A DNA stretch of 64,000 nt, taken from NCBI RefSeq assembly GCF_963921235.1, contig NC_086107.1, positions 108,068,001 to 108,132,000 of the forward strand. The letters are read 5' to 3'. The notes under the pieces were generated by a model, which was given only the letters and a program-made list of their open reading frames with translations, made no database searches and was not told the DNA's origin. Positions 36,621-49,536 of the stretch are shown here, in pieces. The translations under genes were made by a program, and so were the position numbers. Every line of letters begins with the position of its first letter. The stretch's first letter is position 1. The stretch is from Mobula hypostoma (lineage: Eukaryota).

Positions 36621-36729
36621 CTGTCTCAGAGAGTTGGTACCTTTGTGATGGGCTGGTCTTCCACTCACTTGTATCATTCGCTGAAGTGGTTATCTGAGTG
36701 AGGCAGTAAAGTAAAAGGTCAAGTTCCTC

Positions 36730-36900
36730 TCATGCATCAGGCTGCAACCTTGCTATTTCGTTACTATTTGTCTGTTTCGCAAGGCTGAGCCACTGGCTCC
36801 ACACTCGACCCAGCACCGGTGGAACTCGTGCAAGGAGCCAGATGGATTCAAACCCAGGACCTCTTGTTCCAAAGTCTGGTGTGGATACCCCTACACTGCC
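36730..36900 (-). mobile_element. Short tRNA-derived SINE; second copy at about 48020-48190
   Basis: Shared ctcgacccagcaccg.tggaa...caaggagcc...ggattc.aacc.ggac. Confidence 0.65.
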
Positions 36901-37936
36901 AACACAGACATTTCCCCACGAAAAAGCACATGGTTTATACCCCTTAACGACGATAAAAGTTATTGGCCACAGTTCTTGCATGTCAACAATTCAGGAACAG
37001 CTTCTTCCTCTCTGCCATCTGATTCCTAAATGGACATTGAACCCATGAACACCACCTCACCACTTCTTCAATTTCTGTCTTCTGCACTGCTTATTTAACT
37101 ATTCGATAGACATATACAATATATACTTACCAAAATTCAATTGTTTTCATATATTTGTCATGTATTGCTTTATACTGCTGTCACAAAGTCAACAAATTTC
37201 ATGACATATGCCAGTGATATTAAAGCTGATTCTGAAATGGATACAGTACCATAGGGAGGATGTTCCCATTGAATAGGGAGTCTAGGATCCAGGGTACAGC
37301 CCCAGAATAAAGTGATGACCCTTTAAAACAGAGCTGAGGAAGCATTTCTTCAGCCAGATAGTGACAATTCTGTGGAATTTGTTGCCACAGAGAACTGTGG
37401 AAGACAAGTCATGGTGTAGTTAAGGCAGAGGTTGATGGGTTCTTGATTAGTAAGGGGGTTAAGTGTTAACGAGTAGAAGAATGGGATTGAAAAAAAATCA
37501 GCTACAATAACTAGCAAAGCAGACTTGATGGACTGAATGGCCTGATTCTGTTCCAATATCTTATGGTCTATGTCCTGGCTCTGTTGGAATGCTGACATGT
37601 GTTCTATTTCTTCCAAATTATTGATTACAGTGTGTTAACACTGTAGACCACTTCAATCTCCCCTCTTCTGCTCTGGACTGTCATATACCAAACCTTGCGA
37701 TATTGAATTATGCCTTTCTCACCCACCTCCTGTCTGCTCTGACAAGTTAGAATGCATGTGAAAATGGACAAAGAGGTGGAAAAGGGGAAGCAATGATTAA
37801 CATTGCCCAAATAATATCAATATCTTCCAAGGGATTTAATAGAGATCTTAACCAATATTATTTGCTTTGTCATAAAATGGACACAAGAAAAGACATTAAT
37901 TCCTGCCAGTGTTATTCAAATGAGGCTACAGCTTAC

Positions 37937-38070
37937 CTCTGGTGATCCGGAGAACTCTCATGATCCGGATGATGGTGGGGTTAATGGGAAGGGCTGCACT
38001 GATCTCAATCTCCTCCAGTGTAATCCCCATGACTGAGAGCAGAACAATGGCCAAATCGAGCTGGTTCCAC
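37937..38070 (-). CDS. CACNA1I: Cav3.3 exon: IV S3-S4 ([44 protein letters not shown])
   Basis: 134 nt, translated by hand (not in the ORF track on this strand); acceptor tctcacacag, donor G|gtaagc; phase 2 to 1. Confidence 0.96.
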
Positions 38071-38664
38071 CTGTGTGAGAGACAGAAGATAACCTGTAGA
38101 GAATGGATTTGGCAAGAGTTTCATTCAACAAGGAAAGGGACTGGTTATGGAACAGGATGTAAAGGCATTGGACCCAGTGAGTGTCTCTGTACTTTCAGAT
38201 AAAACTTGGACAAGCTTCAGTGGATAGTATATTGAATGGCCTCATTACAGCCTGGTATGGAAACACCAATGCCCTCGAACAGAAAATCCTACAGAAAATA
38301 ATGGATGTGGCCCAGTCCAAAACGGGTAAAGCCCTCCCAACCATTGAGCATATCTACATGGAGCATTGTCGCAGGAAAGCAGCATCCATTATCCAGGACA
38401 CCAACCACCCCCAGGTCATGCTTTCTTCTCACTGCTGCCATCAGAAAGAGGTACAAGAGCTTCAGGACTCACAGTACCAGGTTCAGGGACAGTTAGTACA
38501 CTGAACGATCAGGTCCTCGAACCAAAGGGGATAACTTCACTCAACTTCACTTACCTGATCATTGAATATTCCCACAACCAATGGACTCAACTTTCAACAA
38601 CTCTTCATCTCATGTTCTCGATATTTTTATTTATTTATTCATTTATCTGGTATTATTATTTATC

Positions 38665-40000
38665 CGGTAGCACTCACATCTACAGTGATGAAATGCTCTG
38701 AGAGGTTGGTCATGACTGGACTGAACTCCTACCTCAGCAAGGACCTGGACCCATTGCAATTTGCCTATCGCCACAATAGGTTAATGGCAGATGCAAGCTC
38801 AATGGCTCTTCACATTACTTTAGACCAATACAAATACCTATGTCAGGAAGCTGTTCATCAACTATAGCTCAGCATTTAGCACTATCATTTCCACAATCCT
38901 GATTGAAAAGTTACAGAACCGGGGCCTCTGTACCTCCCTCTGCAATTGGATCCTCAACTTCCTAACCGGAAGAGCCCAATCTGTGTGGATTGGTGATAAT
39001 ATCTCCTCCTCGCTGATGATCAACACTGGTGCACCTCAGGGGTGTGAGCTTAGCCCACTGCTCTACTCCCTCTATACCCATGACTGTGTGGCTAGGCATA
39101 GCTCAAATACCATCTATACATTTGCTGATGATACAACTATTGTTGGTAGAATCTCAGATGGAGACAAAAGGGCGTACAGGAGCGAGATATGCCAAATAGT
39201 GGAATGGTGTCGCAGCAACAACCCTGCACTCAATGTCAGTAAGATGAAAGAGCTGACTGTCGAAGGGTAAGACGAAGGAACACATACCAATCCTCATAGA
39301 GGGATCAGAAGTGGAGAGAGTGAGCAGTTTCAAGTTCCTGGGTGTCAAGATCTCTGAGGATCTAACCTGGTCCCAACATATCGATGCAGTTATAAAGAAG
39401 GTAAGACAGTGACTATATTCCATTGGGAGTTTGAAGAGATTTGGTACGTCAACAAATACACTCAAAAACTTCTATAGATGTACCGTGGAGAGCATTCTGA
39501 CAGGCTTCATCACTGTCTGGTACGGAGGGGCTACTGAATAGGACTGAAAGAAGCTGCAGAAGGTTGTAAATTTAGTCGGCTCCATCTTGGGTACTAGCCT
39601 ACAAAGTACCCACGACATCTTCAAGGAGTGGTGTCTCAGAAAGGCAGCATTCATTATTAAGGACCTCCAGCACTCAGGGCATGTTCTTTTCTCACTGTTA
39701 CCATCAGGTAGGAGGTACAGAAGCCTGAAAGCACACACTCAGCTATTCAGGAACAGCTTCTTCTCCTCTGCCATCCAATTCCTAAATGGACATTGAACCC
39801 ATGAACACTACCTCACTTTTTTTAATAGATATTATTTCTTTTTGCATGATTTTTAATCTATTCAATATACATATACTGTTATTTATTATTTTATATATTT
39901 GTTCTTCTTCTTCTATATTATGTATTGCATTGATGCTGCTGCTAAGTTAACAAATTTCATGATATACGCTGGTGATAATAAACCTGATTCTGATTCTGAT
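38665..40000 (+). mobile_element. Rex1/Babar-clade LINE RT fragment nested in another Rex1-type 3' fragment (about 38215-38660 and 40001-40218)
   Basis: [43 protein letters not shown]; aataaac(ctgatt)n tail. Confidence 0.9.
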
Positions 40001-42249
40001 TCATTATTATTGTCTCTTCTTGTTATATTTGCACAGTTTTTTGTCTTCTGCACTCCAGTTGAATGCTTTAGTTGGGCAGTCTTTCATTAATTCTGTTACA
40101 GTTATTATTCTATTATTATATAGTTATTATTTCTTGAATATGCCCACAGGAAAATGAATGTTATAGTTGTATACAGTGGCATATATATTCTTTGATAATA
40201 AAATTTATTTTGAACTTTGAAATAAGAAATATTGATTGAAATGTTAATTTCCTGCTTCATAATCGCATTGAAACCTGATACAGTTCCATCAGCATGAGTT
40301 AGATGTCGAGTAAACTTCCTTCTATACTGTCTTGTGACACACACCCAGAGCAGATTCAACATACTAGTTTCTCTGTACACTATCTTATTGTACATTATGT
40401 GGGCAGGTACACTCAAGGGCTATTTAACACCTGTATACCTGCACACCTGCTCTTTAATACAAATATCTAATCAGCCAATCATGTGGCAGCAACTCAATGT
40501 ATAAAAGCATGTAGACATGGTCAGATCGAACATTAGAACGGGGAAGAAATGTGATCCAAGTAACTTTGACTGTGAAATGAATGTTGGTGCCAGATGGGGT
40601 GGTTTGAGTACCTCAGAAACTACTGAACTCCTGGGGTTTTCATGCACAACAGTCTCTAGAGTTTACAGAGAGTGGTGCAAAAAACAAAAAAGGCATCCGG
40701 TGAGCAGCAGATCTGTGGGAGAAAATGCCTTGTTAATGAGAGAGATCAGAGGAGAACGGCAGACTGGTTCAAGGTGACAAGTAGACGTCAGTAACTCAAA
40801 TAACCACACATTACTACAGTGGTGTGTAGAAGAGCTCTGAATGCAAATCATAGCGAACCTTGAAGTGGTTGGGCTACTGAAGCAGAAGATCACAAGCATA
40901 CAGTTAGTGGCTACTTTATTAAGTATAGGAGACATGTAATAAAGTGGCCACTGAGCGTACTTGGTGCAATGGACACAGAAAGCACTGCAGATACACACCA
41001 GGTCAGGCAACATCTGCAGAGACTGAAGGGTCAATGATCTGACTCCATTTCTCTCTCCCCAGTTGCTGACCTGTGGGAATATCCAGCATTTTTTTTCTCT
41101 CTGTTTCTCTTTCCAGATTTGCAAGCTCTTGATGTAGAGCTCCCTCTGTCAGATACTCCCGGGGCAGGGCGGCAGGCCAAGGTGGTCCTTCACGGCTCCA
41201 GGCTGCAAGTGTCTGGAGGGTTCTGCCTGACCTGAATGCTGCGACCCCTGCGTGTCTGAGAGTCCCTGGAGATGGAGCACGTGGTTTCCGCAGGTACAAT
41301 GGGGGCTTTCTGGGACTAGTGGGCTCGAAAGTTTTCTGGATAGAGATGACCATGTTAGACTCATTTTTATTTACTTAGAGATACAGCATGGAACTGACCC
41401 TACCGCCCCAACGAACCGCAAGTGCACAGCAACCCAACCTTTTTAACCCTAGCCCCTCAGGGCAATTGACAATAACCAATTAACCTGTACGTCATTGGAA
41501 CATAGGAGGAAACCAGCACATCCAGAGGAAACCCTCATGTTCACAAGGAGGACGTACAAATTTCTTACAGGCAGCGTCTGAATTGACCTCCGAACTCTGA
41601 CGCCCCGAGCTGTGATAGCATCGCGCTAACTGCTACGCTACTGTGGCCCCCCAGTATTTATTTATTGACTGTAAATAGCGCATGTTATTAGTTTTAATAC
41701 TGTGATGCTGTAATCACTGAATAAATCTACTTTGGGAAAGGTAATGAAAGGTCATGGTAGCACAAATCCCTCTCTGATGTTTCAGTCCTGTCCTGACAAA
41801 AGCTACCTGGGGTAGATCGAATTAATTGCAGCAAGAATTCGCATTGAGGCAGAATTGGCTTAGACTCAAAATTATGATGGCAAACAGTTTAGAGAAATAT
41901 TTTTATATTGCAGGGACTAAAATAACTGAGATGAAGGATAATAATAACGATAAACAGGAAAACAGTGATTATGTCCCGGAGGGAATAGGAAGTCAAAGCA
42001 GGGAAACCATAAACCCTGAATTGATGTGCCTGTTCCATCACTTCTCATTAGCGTTGCAGAGCTCACGGTCTCCTGATGTGTTGGCTGTTAATGACTACAC
42101 CAGAGTCACTAATAGCTGAACATACACAGACACTTACCCACACAGGTGTTAATTTGGCAGCTGTAAATCAAAAGCCATGTATGTCAGGGTGAAAGGAGTA
42201 GGGTGCATTCCAGATGCTGTTTGAACATTCGATTCCCCTACGGTGCTCT

Positions 42250-42482
42250 TTCCCACTCTCTCCCCCCTCTCTCTCACTCTCGTCACACTCTCTTCCTCTC
42301 TCTACCCCTCCCTCTCCTTTCTTCTTCCTCTATCTCCCTTCCCCTCTCTCTCCCTTCCTCTCTCTTTTTCCCTTCTCTCTCTCTCTCCTTCCCTCCCTCT
42401 TCCTCTCCTTTCCTTTCCCTCTCCCTCCCTTCCCCTCTCTCCTCTCCTCTCTTTTCTATCTCTGTCTGTCTGTCTCTCTCTC
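42250..42482. repeat. CT-rich low-complexity tract; others at about 48190-48490, 48960-49500, 52820-53160 (GA-rich) and 58500-58620 (GA-rich)
   Basis: Direct observation. Confidence 0.9.
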
Positions 42483-42990
42483 AGCAGCGAGAGCAGAGAA
42501 CTGTGAATTGAATAAGAGCACAGAAGGTTCAAGCAGGGTGGCCATTGTTGGGAGTAAGCCAACGGTGAGGTTAGGAGCGTCAGGCTTTGATGAGAAGAGG
42601 CTGAGGCGAAAGAAACAGGTTGGAAGGGTTAGTTTTTTCCTTTTGTTATTGCTGACTTGGTCTTGGTTGCCCATTGTACAGTGTGGGCAGGATGGCAGAA
42701 ATGGCAGTGGTGTGCTCCTCCTGTAGGGTGGGAATTCACGGAACCCGATAGTCTCCCTGATGACTGCACCTGCAGGAAGTGCAGCCAACTCCAGCTCATG
42801 AAGGACTACATTAAGGAGCTAGAGCTGGAGTTGGATGAACTTAGGATCATCTGGGAGGCAGAGTAATAGCTATGACTTTTGAGCAGGTGGTTACACCTAG
42901 AGTGCAAAATTTGGGTAGTAGATGGGTGAGTACTGAGAGAGGTATGGGGAGAAAGAAGTCAGTGCAGGGTCCACGTGGCAACAACACAGT
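42483..42990 (+). mobile_element. CR1-like LINE 5' region with ORF1 zinc-finger/leucine-zipper remnant
   Basis: WEF...DDCTCRKCSQLQLMKDYIKELELELDELRIIWEAE. Confidence 0.7.
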
Positions 42991-44163
42991 CTGGGTTTGG
43001 TTTGGGATGGCCAACTGCAGCTAATTCAAACCAAACATGTCTAATTCCAGTCTTACTCATCCACCAATCTCCATTCTGAGGCCTTGTTCAAGGGGAGTCA
43101 AAATCGAACCCACCAGAGTGTAATTCTAACTTTGTTCATCTGATGGGTATTGGCTTTTAGTTGACTTGAAGATGTATACAGACCCCACCATCCAGACTAT
43201 GCTCACTTCTCACTACTACCATCAGGAAGGAAATATAGGAATCATAGATCCCAGAGCACCAAGTTCAGGAACACTTGTTATCCTTCAACCATCAGGCTCT
43301 TGAACCAGTACAGGTAACTTCACACATCAACTCTGAACTGATTCCATAACTTACAGACTCACTTTCAAGGACTCTACAACTCATGTTCTCCGTATTATTT
43401 ATTTACTTTCTATTTGCACAGTTTCTCTTCCTTTGTACACTGATGTTTGTCAGTCTTTATTTATGTATAGTTTTTCATAAATTCTCTTGTATTTGTTTAT
43501 TTTACTGTAAATACCTGCAAGAAAATGAATCTCAAGATAGTACCCGGGGTGACATATTTGTACATTGATAATAGATGTACTTTGAGTTCGGACATTGGCT
43601 TTGTTCCCACGAGCTTCTGTGGATTGGAGCTCCACTGTGAGATGATAAAACATTGCCCCATGCTGTCCATAGTGGGAGTTCTGCCAAGGGTTTCCTGCAG
43701 CTTTGGAACAGAACCATACAACTTGGCATCAGGCTTCCTACAGTCAGATCTCCTCGGCAGAAACTTGGAATTCAGCAACCTGCTTCTGAGCTTCATCTGA
43801 GTGGGCCTTTCAGTCTGTCTATTCGGTGCCGCATTGTGACGTCTCATTCAGGAACAACAGAACAGGGTGAATTTCCACCACGAGAGGAACATTATAGTAC
43901 TTGAGAGGGATCTTCAGAAACAGCAGGAGCAATACGGGGCAGCAAGCTCCTGGCACTGGCTTTCCCTTGCTGGAAACCTGGGCCTGAGCTGGGACCGGGT
44001 GATCAGATATTGGAGGTGGTGGGTTTGGGACGACTGATCTTCCCTCCCCCAGTGGGCCTCTGCCTTAACCCCTCCTGGGAAGTGTGTTTATGTGATTTAT
44101 GGTCAGGAATGGCAACTACAGTCAAGCAGCCACTCCGTCAGCAAGGTAAAAGCTCTTCCTTAC

Positions 44164-44273
44164 CTGTCCTTGAAGAACCTCCGCAATCCGAAAGCCACGA
44201 GCTTGAGAATTGCTTCCAGCACAAAGACGGTGGTGAACATGTAGTTACAGTACTTGAGAGCGACCTCCAGAGA
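44164..44273 (-). CDS. CACNA1I: Cav3.3 exon: IV S2 ([37 protein letters not shown])
   Basis: 110 nt; acceptor ttcctccctcag, donor AG|gtaagg; phase 0 to 2. Confidence 0.96.
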
Positions 44274-46394
44274 CTGAGGGAGGAAACAAGCAAAGAACTT
44301 CAGCAAACATCTGGACTCTCTCCAGGGATACACACCCATCAGGTTGGGCTCCACAAACACTGCCTTCAACATAAAAGTTTGAAACATGATAATCTCTCCT
44401 CCTCATAATCTCCTCTCTTGAGAAGCGGACATAAATAATAACTTCCATTTATATAGTGCCTTATATATTTCTAAGTCATTCTAAAATTTCAGTGCAACCA
44501 AGCAGATATATTTTATGTGTACTCACTTTTGAAATGAGTCTGCAACATTTTTAAAGAGATTAAAGAGATTATCTGTTACATGCACTTTGAAACACACAGT
44601 GAAACGCAGATTTTGTGTCACAGTTTGTGATGTACTTGGGGAATCCCGCAAATGTCCCAGTGCATCAGGCGGCAACATAGGTTGCCCAACAACTTTTTAA
44701 CCCTTACCCATACGTTTGTCTGGAATGTGGAACAAATTTTGAGCACCCAGAGGTAACCCATGTGGTTAGCAGGAATATATACCTTACAGAAAGAAGCAGG
44801 AATTGAACCCTGATCTTCAGACTGCGGGCATCGTAAAGCATTTTGCTAACCGCTGCGCTACTGTGCTGGCCTTATGCACAGCAAGATTCCATAAAAGCAG
44901 GACTTACTTATTTATATGTTGAGGTATTGCGCGGAATGGAACCTTCTTGCCCTTCAAGGTATGCCGCCCAGCAACCTGCAATTTAATCCTAACCTAATCA
45001 TGGGACAATTTAGAATGCCCAGTTAACCTACCAACTGGCAAGTCTTTGGACTGTGGGAGGAAACCGGAGCACCCGGAGGAAACTTGCGGTCACGGGGGGA
45101 ATGAACAAACTCCTTACAGGCAACAGTGGGAATTGAACCCTAAATGTCCCCAATGGATGGTAGGGAGGCCCTTATGATCCTGTTGGCTGTTCTCACAGCT
45201 CTTTATTGGGACTTCTGGACCAAAGCTGAGCTGCTCCCATACCAGATGGAGATGTGATTTGTCAGTGAGCTTTCAATGGTGCTCCTGTAAAATTTAGTTA
45301 AGATTAGAGGCCACATCCTGGTAAACCTCTTCTGCTCTGTCTCCAAAGCCTCCACGTCCTTCTGTGTGTTGTTCACTGCAATAATCCTCAACATTACACA
45401 TTCTCCTATCCACACTCTAATGGATTGGGAGTTCCATGACCTGGATCCAGTGACAATGAAGGAACAGCATAATACATCTGATTTAATTGGAGGGGAACAT
45501 GAAGACTGCGATGTTATTATGTACCTGTGCCTCCCTTAATAATGAAGCTCATGGCGTCAGAATAAGGACAATTCATCTTACACGTGGCACACAATGCTGT
45601 CACAGTGTGTCCGGGGCATAGAGAGTGAATGCTCTTCTGCACACCACTGTTATAACGTATGGTTGTTTGGGTTACTGTCTCCTTCCTGTCAGCTTGAACC
45701 AGTCTGACCATTCTTCTCCGACCTCTCTCATTAACGAGATGTTTTCACCCACAGAACAACCACCCACTGGATGTGTTTTTTTTTGTTTTCCTCACCATTC
45801 TCTGTAAACTCAAAAGACTGTTGTACAGGAGAAAAGCAGTTTCTGAGATAGTCAAACCACCCTGTCTGGCACCAACAATCATTCCACAGTCAAAATGATT
45901 TAGATCAAATTTCTTCCTGATTCTGATATTTGGTCTGAACAACAACTGAACCTCTTGACCATGTCTGCATGCTTTTATGCATTGGGTTGCTGCCACATGA
46001 TTGGCTGATTAGCTATCTGAGCAGGTGTGCTTAATAAAGTGGTCCCAGGGTGAAGAATGTCTAGGGTAGGTGGTTAGGCTCTCGTTGCAAATATTTATCA
46101 CTTGTTCTTGTGTGTCACCAATGTTACTTGTTATTTATCAGCCATGCCTTAATGCTTCCTCTGTCTTGTTGTCTTTGGATGTGCTTTCCTTCATTATCTG
46201 AAGAGTTGAATATCAATGAGATCTCCACTTCTGCTCTTGGATGGAAGGGAGGTCATTGGTGAAGCAGCTGAAGATGGCAAGGGCCTAGGACACTGCCAGA
46301 AAGATCTGCAGCGATGTCCAAGGACGGGTATGATTGTCTCCCGTCCTCCCACAACCACTCACAACCATCTTCTGTATAAGATATGACTTAAACA

Positions 46395-46680
46395 ATAAGA
46401 ACATAGAACAGTACAGCACGGTATAAGCGCACAACGTGCCATCATTTATGATTCTACTCCAAGATCAATATAACCCTTTCTTACTACATAGCCCATAATC
46501 CTCTGCTTCTCTTACATCCACATGCTTACCTAAGAGTCTCTTAAATGGCCTTGCTACATCAACCTTTGCCACCAATGCCAGCAGTACATTCCAACCACCC
46601 ACCACACTCTGTGGGAAAAGGCCTGCCTGTGACATCTCCCCTCAACTTTCCACCACTCACTTTAGACAGACGTCCTCTGC
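46395..46680 (-). mobile_element. CR1 3' end fragment; similar at about 11728-11905, 14295-14770, 22940-23225, 29820-30345, 37250-37570, 56995-57295 and 60740-61320
   Basis: agaacatagaacagtacagcac tail and FTQRVVxxWNxLP-type remnants. Confidence 0.75.
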
Positions 46681-46819
46681 TATCCCCGCCATCCCGGCAA
46701 GAAACGTAATGGCCGAGAGCCACTGAAGCCAACTCTACCACGACGTGTTAATGCCATGGAGACACAAAACACTAAAGGTGCTGGACTTCGGAGAAACCAA
46801 CAATTTGCTGGAGGGACAC

Positions 46820-46980
46820 TCACAAAATGCTGGAGGAACTTTGCCTGATGAAGGGTCTCGGCCCCGAAACATCAACTGTTCATTCCCCCTCTATATATGC
46901 TGCCCGACCTGCTGAGTTCCTCCAGCCTTTTGTGTGCATATTGCTCAAGATTTCCAAGCATTTGAAGAATCCCTTGTGCT
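46820..46980. mobile_element. Old mini fold-back PLE derivative with hammerhead-like core at about 46845-46875 (+); similar decayed copies at about 900-1040, 2860-2965, 6200-6290, 16970-17130, 24800-24900, 27155-27362, 30655-30890 and 47300-47450
   Basis: cacaaaatgctggaggaac...CTGATGAAGGGTCTCGGCCCCGAAACATC...gagttcctccagc. Confidence 0.7.
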
Positions 46981-46991
46981 TATGTGTGGGC

Positions 46992-47290
46992 ACGGGGCCA
47001 AGTGGTTAAGGCATTGGACTAGTGACTTGAAGATCGTGAATTCGAGCCCCAGCCGAGGCAACGTGTTTTATGTCCTTGAGCAAAGCACTTAATCACACAT
47101 TGCTCTGCGACGACACCGGTGCCAAGCTGTATGGGTCCTAATGCCCTTCCCTCGGACGACATTGGTGTCGTGGAGAGGGGAGACTTGCAGCATGGGCAAC
47201 TGCTGGTCTTCCATACAACCTTGCCCTGGAGAGTGAAGACTTTCCAGGCGCAGATCCATGGTCTCGCAAGACTAACGGATGCCTTAATAT
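46992..47290 (+). mobile_element. tRNA-derived SINE sharing its head and gtccttgagcaa.gcacttaa core with 54399-54683 but with a different 3' half
   Basis: ggccaagtggttaaggc A box, ttcgagccc B box. Confidence 0.75.
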
Positions 47291-49536
47291 GACTTTCAGG
47301 AAAAACTCAATGAATCAGACAGCATCTGTGGGAAGAAATGAACTGTCAACATTTTGGGTCGAAAAATCCGCATCAGAACCAAACTGCCAATTCCTTTCCT
47401 CCCACAGATGCAGCCGACCTGCTGAGTCCCTTCAGCAGATTGTTTGTTGCTCCCTTCGTCATTCATGCCACGATACAAAAAACAACCTTTCCCACCTCAC
47501 CTCTGGAGTCGAGAATCTGGATCCAGGAGGCCCTGGCAAAATCTCAAGCTGAGTATTAGCATACGTTACTGGTAAATGTTCAGTGGAACAATTAGAAACA
47601 CCTTCTGTCACGTCACTTTCATAATGAGAGTAGTTCAATGGGTTGGTAATTAAGCAGCTTGGATTTATCCTGCTCTTTGTGGACAGAATATTCTAATTGT
47701 GGACAAACACATCTCATTACTTGTGTAATTATTCTGCAGGTTATCACATCCCAGTTCACCAGGACAAGTATTAAATTAACCTGCAAACACAGCTAATGTG
47801 TAACTACATGCCTATCTCAATGATTTCATTAGATTTAACATACTGGGGGTCCCTGGGGTACAATTTAACATTTTAAGCAATTGTTTCACTAATCTCTGTT
47901 TTCTATTTTAGTGGCAATTTGTCTCTTTCTGCTTTCTCTCTTCACCCATCTCTCTTTCTCTGCATCACCCTCCAACACCACGCCCCCCCCCCACCACCGC
48001 CGTAATGTTGCTGCTTTCACATTGGCAGCATTTCTTGCTGTTTCCTTTGCATTTGTCTGTTTTTTATGAGGCCAAATTGCTAGCTCGACGCTCAACCCAG
48101 CACCGATGGAAAGCGAGCAAGGAGCCGGCCGGATTCGAACCTGGGACCATTCGTTTCGAAGTCTGGTGCTGATGCTAGTACACCATTGGCTGGCTCCTCC
48201 CTCCCTTTGAGTTCTGCTTTCTCTCTCTCTCACTTTCTCACTTTCCCTTCCATCCTCACCCTTTCTCAACCAGCCTGTTCCATTTCCCTCCCAGTTGAAA
48301 CTCCTCGTTGCCTCATGCCTTCACTGTTCTTCTCACTCCGTCATTTCATATGTCACTCTCTCTCCCTCCTCTCTCTCTTTCACTCTCTCTCTGTCACTCA
48401 CCTACATTGCCTGTCACCCGGCCCTCTCACTCTCCATCGCTGACGGCCTCACTCCCTCACTACCACTCATTAGTCACTCCCCCACCCTCACACACAAACC
48501 ATAGTGGTTACCAGCAAACAAACCATAACCGCTGAGAGACTAAGCCAGGGTTCTCGACACTGTATGTCACGCTTCCTAATAACATTTCCAAATCAACAAA
48601 GGTACGTTCGACCCTTTATTATGAAACCAGCAAAGGCAAAAGATGTAGCGATAAAAAAATTAACAAAACTAAATTAGCGTAACTAAACTTTCTAATTAGT
48701 GATATCAGAATTAGTATTCTATATATACTTAAGTGATATTAGTGATCTAGTTAGCATTCCAATAACGTTGAATACCAGTCAACAAAAATATATCATTCCT
48801 GTGACTCACCTCCGCTCCACTAACAACTAAGAGACTAATCGTGAATACGTAACTAAGCCCCAAGCTACTTGAAAGATGACAATAAATACACCACAAAATA
48901 CAATACAGACCAAAAATACATACATGGCTCTCACTTTCCTTACTTCTGCATGGCATTTCATTCTGTTTTCTTTCACTCACTCACAGTCCCTCTCACTATT
49001 GTTGATCTCACCCTCTAATCCCCTCATTCTCCGCTGCTCTGTCTTAATTCACTCTCCATTGCTCACTTATTTTTAATCTGACTCCCCCCCTTAATCACTC
49101 TCTATAATCACATCCTAATTTTCTTTCTCTCTCTTACTCATTCTCTCATTCTCTCTCAGTTCTTACTTGCTCTCCGCGTCACACAGTCCCACACACTGTC
49201 GCACTACTTCACTCTCTCAGTCCCTTTCCTTCACTTGCTCCCTCACTTCCTGCCTCACTCCACGTTTCACTCCATTTAACTCTTTCAATTCTTCCGGAGC
49301 CTCCTGCAATCACCGGCCATTCCCTCTCTCATGATTTCCCCCTCCTCAATCCCTTAAGCCTTTACCTCTCACTCCCTCCCACATTTTATCTCACTTTCAC
49401 ATTCTCCCTCTTATTCCCATCTCTTGCCTTATTTCCTCTCATACTCCTTTATTCTCTCTCTTTCTTTCCCTCTTCTTCCCTCAATCCCAGACTCACCCCT
49501 GTATCCTTCATCCACTTATCATCAGTTTACAATCAT

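Noticed and set aside
41140..41340. GC-rich unique patch as an exon or antisense gene (also 43590-43900)
   Set aside because: No convincing splice-site pair or recognisable protein; the flanking channel exons already join correctly
42203..42788. Ser/Leu/Pro- or Arg/Glu-rich ORFs (also 27558-28157, 31195-31560, 52725-53185 and 58423-58677)
   Set aside because: Translations of microsatellite or low-complexity DNA
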